Shown piece after piece: positions 17,423-26,000 of a stretch of 32,000 nt of DNA. The stretch is from Candidatus Thorarchaeota archaeon (GTDB taxonomy: Archaea > Asgardarchaeota > Heimdallarchaeia > Hodarchaeales > Hodarchaeaceae): contig JBHLRO010000001.1 of NCBI GenBank assembly GCA_048882505.1, positions 180,001-212,000 of the forward strand. Reading direction: 5' to 3'. The position numbers and the translations under genes were made by a program. The notes below the pieces were generated by a model. That model was not told the DNA's origin. It ran no database searches and was given only the letters and a program-made list of their open reading frames with translations. Each line of letters starts with the position of its first letter. Positions within the stretch are counted from its first letter, which is position 1.

Positions 17423-17968
17423 GTGGGCAGGTCAGGCAGCGGAAAGGATCTCTTGATGCGAAAAACAGTCGAAGATCTGGTCCACAAGGGATTACCAGCT
17501 GTCATCCTTCAAAGGGTCATCACTCGTAAGGCCGATTCCTCGGAACAATCCAAATTCGTAACTAGAACGCAATTTCAGAACCTTAAGGAACGAGGCGAGT
17601 TTGTTCTCTCATGGCTCATCTATAATACTAGTTTTGGAATTCCTCGTAAAGAACTATTCGATTTTTTATCGAAAGAATACATTGTCCTAGTGAATGTGTC
17701 TCGTGAATTGCTATTTGAAGCACGGCGTCTCTTTCCGGAATCAAAAATTGTTTATGTAAAAGCTTCACCGGCTATCTGTGAAGATCGGATTCGTAATCGC
17801 CAACGTGAAGTCAATAATGACCTAAATGATAGAATTGAGCGGCTCCAAAAAGAGATCGAGATGCCGTCCCCCAACCTTATCATAAACAATGAGAATAGCA
17901 TAACAACGGCAGTAGAGGAATTCACAGCCTTCTTAAGCGATTTATACAAGGAAAAGAGTGGGGAATGA
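17423..17968 (+). CDS. phnN: PhnN-like P-loop kinase (ribose 1,5-bisphosphokinase / guanylate kinase family)
   Basis: GRSGSGKD P-loop, RVITR, F.LSW..Y...FGIP, VLVNVSR, RIRNRQRE lid. The conserved strand RLCFVV lies upstream of the GTG, so the true start is probably near 17396. Substrate not proven. Confidence 0.75.
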   Translation: MGRSGSGKDLLMRKTVEDLVHKGLPAVILQRVITRKADSSEQSKFVTRTQFQNLKERGEFVLSWLIYNTSFGIPRKELFDFLSKEYIVLVNVSRELLFEARRLFPESKIVYVKASPAICEDRIRNRQREVNNDLNDRIERLQKEIEMPSPNLIINNENSITTAVEEFTAFLSDLYKEKSGE

Positions 17969-19161
17969 GGGATACCGTAATTATAGGAGTCGGAATGGGA
18001 CATAGATGGGGTAACCATCCCCAAAAATCGATCATTGATCTCATGGCCAAGGCTTCGTTAGAAGCAATTGAAGACGCGGGGACTGACCGAATAGATGGTC
18101 TCTTAGTGGCGAATATGGGCGCGGGAAGGATGAATAACCAAACTGCTCTTGGATCCGCTTTGATCGATTTTCTCAATTTGTACCCCGCAGTTGGAGCCAC
18201 AATTGAAAACGGGGCGGCCTCTGGGGCCACTGCTATACGTATGGCAGCTCTGGCAATAAAATCTGGGCATCATAACTGCATTATGATAGCTGGCGGGGAA
18301 AAAATGCGAAGTGCATCCAAGGAAGAAATCACGAATTTTATCGCCACTATGGCCCATCCTGAGGCAGAATATAATCAAGGTATCACCTTCCCCAGCCTAG
18401 GAGCGTTCCTAACGCGCCTTTATTTTGAGAAATTCGGGGTATCCCGTGAAGATCTTGCAAGAGTTGCTGTTAAGAATCATGAAAATGGATTAAAAAACCC
18501 CATTGCCCATCTTCATAAGAAAATTACTGTACGTGAGCTTCTAACAAATGAAACACTCAATCCCTTGATAGTAGATCCGCTTCATCGCTATGACATATGC
18601 CCGATTTCAGATGGGGCAGCCAGTGTAATTATTTGTGAAAAAACACTTGCAAAAAAGCTTACGGATGGGCCTCTAATTCAGCTGACAGGCATTGGACATG
18701 GAATGGACACGATGACGGTACATGAGCGAATAGATCCAACATTTCTTGGAGCTGTCAAGCGATCCTGTGATCAGGCACTTTTACAAGCCAAAAAATACAG
18801 AGAAGATATTTCATTGATCGAACTACATGACGCTTTTACTATTCTGGAACTAGCAGAGGCAGAATCCGCTGGGTTCTTTAAACCTGGTACCGCGCATCTT
18901 GCTGTTAAAGATGGAAAAACTGAAATCACAGGAAATCTCCCTATAAATCCTTCCGGAGGTCTGAAAAGCCGAGGACATCCACTAGGTGCCACCGGAGTGG
19001 CCCAAATTTGCGAGCTCGTCTGGCAACTGCGAGGGCAAGCTGGGCCTAGACAAGTCCCCAATAATCCCGTAAACGGACTTGCCATTAATTTTGGGGGATT
19101 TGGTAATTCCGTCATTTCCACCATTGTCTCTAGAGTGCAAAAAGGAAGTTTGATACAATGA
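17965..19161 (+). CDS. Thiolase-fold protein (archaeal/SCP2-type) lacking both catalytic cysteines
   Basis: GGEKM, VAVKNH.NG..NP.AH, PISDGAA, HDAFT, NPSGGLKSRGHPLGATG, NFGG. ENGAASG replaces ENACASG. ATGA overlaps with both neighbours. Confidence 0.9.
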   Translation: MRDTVIIGVGMGHRWGNHPQKSIIDLMAKASLEAIEDAGTDRIDGLLVANMGAGRMNNQTALGSALIDFLNLYPAVGATIENGAASGATAIRMAALAIKSGHHNCIMIAGGEKMRSASKEEITNFIATMAHPEAEYNQGITFPSLGAFLTRLYFEKFGVSREDLARVAVKNHENGLKNPIAHLHKKITVRELLTNETLNPLIVDPLHRYDICPISDGAASVIICEKTLAKKLTDGPLIQLTGIGHGMDTMTVHERIDPTFLGAVKRSCDQALLQAKKYREDISLIELHDAFTILELAEAESAGFFKPGTAHLAVKDGKTEITGNLPINPSGGLKSRGHPLGATGVAQICELVWQLRGQAGPRQVPNNPVNGLAINFGGFGNSVISTIVSRVQKGSLIQ

Positions 19162-19511
19162 GATCTCCCGTTGGATATCAGTGTGATTCCTGCTCAAAAA
19201 TACATTATCCTTACCACAAAAGGTGTCTCGAATGTAAAAACACCCAGTTTACTGAAATTTGCCTGCCATCCACGGGTATATTAATCACCTATTCCATCAT
19301 ATTTGATTCTTCAGCCAAATCGAAAGAACCTCTTTGCTTGGGAATCGTTGAGTTAACATTAAACAGAGATAAAGTTCGGTATACTGGACAACTGGACGTT
19401 AAAACTGGGGATATCCAGCTAGGAATGAAAATGCATGCGAAATGGGGAAAACTGCGGAGTCTAGATAATCATGATCATTTCGGTTTTCTATGGATAAAAA
19501 GCTTGAAATAA
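19158..19511 (+). CDS. DUF35 Zn-ribbon/OB-fold thiolase partner protein
   Basis: CDSC..HYP...RCLEC zinc ribbon, G.LITYSII, P..LGIVEL, IGMKM-like OB-fold; overlaps the thiolase stop (ATGA). Confidence 0.9.
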   Translation: MRSPVGYQCDSCSKIHYPYHKRCLECKNTQFTEICLPSTGILITYSIIFDSSAKSKEPLCLGIVELTLNRDKVRYTGQLDVKTGDIQLGMKMHAKWGKLRSLDNHDHFGFLWIKSLK

Positions 19512-19514
19512 ATC

Positions 19515-20147
19515 TCATAAAGCTGGTTTTACGGGATAACGGGGGAATATTTGCCTAAAAAGATTGAAGTCCAATAGAAAAATCGACAGAATGACCAAGG
19601 AGGATGCAAAGGGGGCCAACAAAGCCGAAAATGCGGGTGAAAGAAGGGAAATCAGGCTTGTTGAACAGCAGGCAACACCGCTTGCAAGTGCTGATGAGCC
19701 CGCAATAATCGTGGATGCCGAATTTGTCGCTACTTGGACACTAGTCGTGGATTTATCAGAGTCAACCTTGCACACTGGTGGAAACATCAGAAGTCCAGCG
19801 TAGGTTAGTCCTGAAAGGATTGCAACAATAAAGAATCCTATTCCAGTGTAATAAGGGATGATAATGGCTAAATTCTCTGTAACATTCCAAACCAACGCTT
19901 GGGGTTCCAAGAATAGACCAATTTCTTGATAAAAAACCTGGATGATTCCACCGGTTAAGAATACAAAGATGAAGAAGAGAGTCATGGAAAAAATCCCCGA
20001 CAACATAACGTATTTTGCTCCTGTCCCCCGATCAATGGCTAAACGTTGAGTTGACCGTGTGAAATTGTACGTAAATCCGATAATTGGGATAAGGAGCCCC
20101 AACATGGGAATCCATGATATTTTGATTAAATAAACCAAATCTATCAA
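19515..20147 (-). CDS. Hypothetical membrane protein with Cys-Cys motif
   Basis: 210 aa, several TM segments, PPVC and GVACCS motifs; TTG start; 54 nt downstream of the DUF3179 gene on the same strand. Confidence 0.75.
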   Translation of the reverse strand: MIDLVYLIKISWIPMLGLLIPIIGFTYNFTRSTQRLAIDRGTGAKYVMLSGIFSMTLFFIFVFLTGGIIQVFYQEIGLFLEPQALVWNVTENLAIIIPYYTGIGFFIVAILSGLTYAGLLMFPPVCKVDSDKSTTSVQVATNSASTIIAGSSALASGVACCSTSLISLLSPAFSALLAPFASSLVILSIFLLDFNLFRQIFPRYPVKPAL

Positions 20148-20201
20148 CTGTTTGTCTCCATATACTTTTAGTATTCTTATCTAGATTAAGTATTGCAAGG
20201 T

Positions 20202-21500
20202 TTATTCCTTTTGATGCTTCCGTTTTTTAAGTTCACGAAGAATGACCGATAAAACTAGACCAGGAATCGCTGATATTAGCGATAAACCTGGTGTGTTGAA
20301 CATATTCTCTCCTGTTAAATCATCTGCCGTAGAAAAATTTTCTATTGGACCATCGAATTGAAAATAGCTTTCCGATCGAAACACCGTGACATCAGAATAA
20401 AAGGAGGTAGCAGCAAACCAAAAGGCACTGTATGCTGGCACTTGGGATAATCTCATTCCTTCTAATGGACCTCTAAAAGCTACCCCATTAAAGTTCCATA
20501 AACTACCTGTTTGTTTATCGCGAAAAACAGGCAGATCCATTGTGTCAGAATTATCGTAATCCGCTTTATTGGCTTGAGAAAATGTCAATAGGGGTTCAAC
20601 TACTAACGGGGAGTCTATTGATGTGTTAAACGGTATAGCCAGATTGTTGCTAGAATCATACACTACAACAATAGATGTGTCGGAGCCGTTTTGTTGATGA
20701 TTTACAACTGGAGATTTCGATAGTTCAAAATAAGGGTATAAAAATGTCGTCGAATCGATATTCAAAACAAGAGTTAGATCCTTTTGATGATATAGATTGA
20801 AAGGCGCAGCCGATATGCTATATGTCGTTGGAAACCAAATACTTTCCAAATTACGGTACCCTGGGTACGGTGTATCATCATATCTACGAAGATATCCTGT
20901 TTCACGGCTTAGGACTTGGGTGTCTGGATGAAGAGCTTTCCAACTTTGCCAAGTTGTTTCCACCACAGGTATTATGGGAAGGCTTTTGCCCAATGATTCG
21001 CCTACTATTATAACGCTTAGCATCTGGCTATACCAATCATCAGTGGTACGAGTATAAAACACCAAATTATTTTCATAAAGACGTCCAGTAGTTCCCAAAG
21101 TACTTCCTCCAATAGATGTTGTATCATATGCAATTGCAGATCCAGTGAGAGGACAGAACGTGACACTAAACGGCGAACCATATATTTCATCATTACATAT
21201 CTCATGCCAGTTTAGAATATCCCGAGGATAGGCCCTGGAAACGCCCTTAACCACTGTTCCCACAACATATAGCTCATTCAAATAACCAATATTGTACAAA
21301 GCTTCAAATTCTTGTACTGAGATGAATTTTGGCGAGTCAATGGCAGGAATACCGTCCTTTGGCGGACCGCCACTCACGATCTCATTGCACGGTACGAGGC
21401 ACTCATCTAGCGCAATTGCAGCTGCCAGATTAACCAAAAATCCAAACATAAGAATTATGAAGGCAAGTGTGACACTCATTCCTCGCAATAGAGATTCCAA
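20202..21500 (-). CDS. DUF3179 family exported protein with C-terminal sorting-like signal
   Basis: GGPPKDGIPAID.PKF, RAYP..IL.WHEI.ND, VTFCPLTGS, G..G.LY.NNLV.Y, WNFNG.A..GPL.G..L; signal peptide; TPGL-hydrophobic-KKRK tail. Alternative ATG at 21479. Confidence 0.88.
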   Translation of the reverse strand: MESLLRGMSVTLAFIILMFGFLVNLAAAIALDECLVPCNEIVSGGPPKDGIPAIDSPKFISVQEFEALYNIGYLNELYVVGTVVKGVSRAYPRDILNWHEICNDEIYGSPFSVTFCPLTGSAIAYDTTSIGGSTLGTTGRLYENNLVFYTRTTDDWYSQMLSVIIVGESLGKSLPIIPVVETTWQSWKALHPDTQVLSRETGYLRRYDDTPYPGYRNLESIWFPTTYSISAAPFNLYHQKDLTLVLNIDSTTFLYPYFELSKSPVVNHQQNGSDTSIVVVYDSSNNLAIPFNTSIDSPLVVEPLLTFSQANKADYDNSDTMDLPVFRDKQTGSLWNFNGVAFRGPLEGMRLSQVPAYSAFWFAATSFYSDVTVFRSESYFQFDGPIENFSTADDLTGENMFNTPGLSLISAIPGLVLSVILRELKKRKHQKE

Positions 21501-21960
21501 TGTACGATCGCCACAAAAAAGGGTAGGTTCCTCTTTCCTCCCCGTGCAGTAACGAACCTAGCATCCTTTTATTTCTATTCAAACGAAATTCGTATCATTT
21601 AAAGAAAAACAGCGGATGTAAATTTCCCAATTCATCAGATTTCAGCCTCTGTGGCCCCATTCCAGTTGATAATGGCTCCTTCGTATATAAAATCAAAATC
21701 TATAAGAAATGCATTACAAAATTTGACTTAATCTAGACCAGATTGACCTAGGATATACCTAGATTGAGAAAATGGATTTTTAAAACGTAACAAAGATCTA
21801 CAGATTACTTGTCCAAGATATTATTGTTTATTAGTAGAGTTTCACAGGTGAAATGACCTACGGTTTATTAGATTGTTTTGGATTTGAAGTTCAAGACAAA
21901 GTGACATTAGGATTTGAAAGAAATTAAAGGAAATACCCCCAATAGAAAAACCTGATCTAA

Positions 21961-22407
21961 TCATCCAGTTTGGTTTTGATAATCTTCTTCCGATTCTTTC
22001 GATATTTTCTCTAGGCCTTCATCTACTAGTTTGTTCACTGTCACTTCTACTACCTTTTCACCAGCTTTTTTAGCTGCTTTCATTGCTATATCATTATCCG
22101 TTTGTTTTCTGACGTTTTCTTCCACATCATCTTCAATATCATTCCACACGATCTCCGTAATCTTATCTTTTAACGTTTCTACCCCCGCCCTTTTGTGGGC
22201 TTCCAGATCAACGTCTTTAAACACAATTTCCCTTCCTTCACCTGACCATTCTTGAGCAACGTTGTGAAATTCCTCGCGATAATGTGCTGCGTAGCCATCA
22301 ATCTGCATCAAGACAGAACGTTCGATTTTTTGTTTAATTTCCGGATTTATTGCATTTACACTAACTTTTTCTTCTACAGCGGACTTTATTTTCTTAAAAA
22401 AACCCAT
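21961..22407 (-). CDS. Hypothetical charged helical protein
   Basis: 148-aa ORF with ATG preceded by AGGAGG; acidic/basic helical composition; N-terminus MGFFKKIK. Confidence 0.75.
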   Translation of the reverse strand: MGFFKKIKSAVEEKVSVNAINPEIKQKIERSVLMQIDGYAAHYREEFHNVAQEWSGEGREIVFKDVDLEAHKRAGVETLKDKITEIVWNDIEDDVEENVRKQTDNDIAMKAAKKAGEKVVEVTVNKLVDEGLEKISKESEEDYQNQTG

Positions 22408-22568
22408 TTACGAATTCCTCCTTTTATTCTAGGCGGAGATTAGTTCTATCAAAGGGAACGATTTTCTCCGATTTTTATACCATTCTCTTTGATTCTCATC
22501 AAGTCTCCAGTATTTTGATCCATTGGGGATTATCGCAAACTATTTTTTGTCTGATCTGTCAAAGCACA

Positions 22569-22582
22569 GATAGGTACCTATC
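22569..22582. other. Perfect 14-bp palindrome GATAGGTACCTATC
   Basis: Sequence equals its own reverse complement; lies in the 610-nt divergent intergenic region. Function unknown. Confidence 0.3.
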
Positions 22583-22937
22583 GACCTTAGGAACGGAAAT
22601 GCGGATCTCGAGTTCCATGGCTTGTGAAATTCAAAATCCTGATATGGTTGATCAAATCGAAACTGTTTTTGCGAGACCTCTTTGAGGTGGTCCCGACAAT
22701 AGGATAATGCTGAATTTTTCTCGACTATGTTGAGTTCCCAGATATCTGGTTTCCTGCGTGAAGAGAATTCTTTTTTCTTTATACCTTCGGTCTTCTAATT
22801 CTATGGGGGTTCGAAATGGTCCAGATCTTTGAAATTGTCTTCCCATGAAAATATTTTTGTTCAAAGAGCAGAATTATTTGTCAAAAACGTCCAATAAAGT
22901 ATTAAAGATAGATTTGGAGTGACAAGAGGAGGAATTC

Positions 22938-22976
22938 CAACAATTGATTTTGACTTTACAAGAATTTCAATTGTTG
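22938..22976. promoter_or_regulatory. Inverted repeat CAACAATTGA-N19-TCAATTGTTG upstream of the surface protein
   Basis: Perfect 10-bp arms ending 41 nt before the ATG at 23018. Confidence 0.4.
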
Positions 22977-23017
22977 AGATCGTCCTTAAACGAGTTTAAA
23001 AGGTGTAAAATCTAAAA

Positions 23018-26000
23018 ATGAAAAATATAAAGATCTTGTGCGCTACGGGAGTGGTAGCGCTAGTCTTTGTAATGTCCTTGGTTGGCGGTATGATTCCACA
23101 ATTAAAAAATCAGAATCCAGCGACAAACCAAGTGAATGGAACTCCTGAGAATGTTCCAGTTGAACCTCTGGGTGTTACGGAACAACCGGAGTTGGAACAA
23201 CCTACCGATTTCTCGGAAAAACCAGAATCGGACCAAGATACAAATCTCACGGAGGAACTGGAAGAACCTCCGTATGTCGAAACGATTCCGGAACAACCTA
23301 CAGGAGATAACATAGCTGATGAAGTCAATCCTGAGTTCGCGTCCTCCACAAGTGAGCTTCAAAGTAGCGTAGGTACGCATCGGTTTTCGATCAGCTACTA
23401 TAGGGCGAATATCCATAACACGCACGATCTTTGGCCCTTTAGTGGAAATTGGCGTTTTTGGGCAACTGGAAGCACATGGACAGGTACTTATGACAACATT
23501 GGAACCGGGATTATTGATTTCTCGGATAGAAAGGGCTCGTGGGATGTCACGGGAAGCACTTCACAGACCGTATTTGTAGTTGAAGCTCAGGAAATAGATC
23601 TGGGTCTTGTAGATTACTGGTCTCGAGTGACTATAACAATACCTTCTCCTGCCTACATTACTCCGAACAATTGGCAACAAGATAATTCTCGCGCTGGGGA
23701 TGTCACGCACTACTGGCAATACAACCTTAGAAATCTTGCCCCAATAGCGCAAGCAATTGGTGGCGCAGGTCTCCACCTCCAATGGCAACCCATTGTTTTG
23801 TCGGGCATTGGCTCGGAACCAGAAGGCGACAGTTTCAGCTGGTATTGGGATCTCAATAATGATGGATCTTTTGAGACCAAGGTGTCTAATCCCACGTTTC
23901 CCTCAGATGTGCCTGGAACCTACACAGTAGGTCTTCGTGCAAGGGATGATCAATATGGAGCATGGTCAAATGTAGTTACTGCTACTGTTACTATCGTTCC
24001 AGACTCAGATATGGATGGAATCAGTGATGGCGATGAAATAAGCATATATGGCACAGATCCTTCGAATCCCGACACTGATGGTGACGGCCTATCCGATGGC
24101 GATGAAGTTCTCGTTTATGGCACCGATCCTTTGAACCCCGATACCGATGGCGATGGCCTATCCGATGGAAAAGAAATCATGTATGGAACGAACCCTTTCG
24201 TTTCAGACACTGATGGGGATGGGCTTTCCGATAGCGAAGAAGTCTTTCAATACTTCACAAGACCATTATCAGTTGACACTGACACGGACGGACTGACTGA
24301 TGGAGAAGAAGTTTTAATTTACAATACAGATCCGTTAAACCTAGATACCGATGGCGATGGCACATACGATGGTGATGAAGTACTTGTTATAGGTACAGAT
24401 CCTTTGAATTCGGACAGTGATGGCGATGGCCTACTTGATGGACATGAGACGGTTATTTATGGTACGGATCCTTTGAATCCAGACACTGATGGTGACGGCC
24501 TATCCGATGGCGATGAGGTTCTAATATACGGCACTGATCCTCTAAACCCCGATACCGACGGTGATAGCTTGTCCGATGGGCAAGAAATCCTTACTTATGG
24601 TACGGATCCTTTGAACCCGGACACTGATGGCGATGGCCTATCCGATGGTGATGAGGTTCTAATATATCGATCCAATCCTCTGAACATTCATAGTGACTTT
24701 GACGGAATCCCAGATGGCGATGAAGTTCTTTTGTATGGAACCAATCCTATAAATCCTGATACGGACGCAGACGGACTAGTTGACTTTGATGAGATTTTTG
24801 TCTATGGTACCGATCCCATTAATCCCGATACCGATGGTGATGGCCTATCCGATGGGCAGGAAATTCGTACCTACGGTACAGATCCCTTTAATCCCGATAC
24901 CGATGGTGATGGCCTGTCTGATGGGCAGGAAATTCGTACCTATGGTACCGATCCGTTAAATGCGGATATGGATGGTGATGGCTTATCCGATGGTGAAGAA
25001 GTTCTCATTTATGGCACCGATCCTTTGAATCCAGACACTGACGGTGATGGCCTATCCGATAGCGACGAAGTTCTCATTTATGGCACCGATCCTTTGAATC
25101 CAGACACTGATGGCGATGGCCTATCCGATAGCGACGAAGTTCTCATTTATGGCACCGATCCGTTAAATGCGGATATGGATGGTGATGGCCTATCCGATGG
25201 CGATGAGCTTCTTGTTTATGGTACCGATCCGTTTAACTACGACACCGACAACGACGGTCTATCCGATGGCGAAGAAGTTCTTATCTATGTCACCGATCCC
25301 TTAAATCCCGACACTGATGGCGACGGCTTATCTGATGGTGAAGAAGTTCATTTGTATGGTACCGATCCTTTGACCGCGGATATCGATGGTGATGGTCTAT
25401 CTGATGGGCAGGAAATTCTTATCTATGGCACGGATCCCTATAATCCTGATACCGATGGCGATGACTTATCCGATGGCGATGAGGTTCTTACTTATCTCAC
25501 CGATCCTTTGAACCCCGATAGCGATGGCGATCAGGCGACCGATGGTGACGAGGTTTTATTCTATGCATCTGATCCATTAGTAATTGATACTGATGGGGAT
25601 GGTCTCAGTGATGGGTTTGAGATTTTAGTATCAGGTACGGATCCCACCAATCCGGATACGGATGGTGATGGCTATACAGATTTTGAAGAAGTTACTGATC
25701 CACCCAGTGCTCCACTTAATCTCGCAGCGCTCCGAACTAGTTCTGGAGTCGACCTGACATGGGCTACGCCCAATAAGATTGGAGGTACGCCGATTCTTGA
25801 ATATAGGGTGTATCGAGCCAAACTTACCCTCTATTGTTTTACAATACCCTTTCCACCGTATCTGATCTGCTTTTGGCTACCAGGACCCTATAGTTTTATT
25901 GGTTCAAGTAGCACCCTTAGTTACGCTGACTCCACCGCAGTCCTTGGAGAAACCTACTACTATGTCGTCACAGCCGTAAATTCGTTAGGTGAAAGCGTCT

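Noticed and set aside
20202-21500. Selenocysteine in the DUF3179 protein
   Set aside because: No in-frame TGA; the motif is ordinary CPLT.
22652-22864. 70-aa minus-strand intergenic ORF
   Set aside because: No RBS, no recognisable motif and atypical composition; kept only as part of the intergenic finding.
24002-25693. Regular 69-nt periodic repeat as a possible CRISPR array
   Set aside because: Units are in-frame coding repeats with synonymous variation and no unique spacers, and no cas genes are present.
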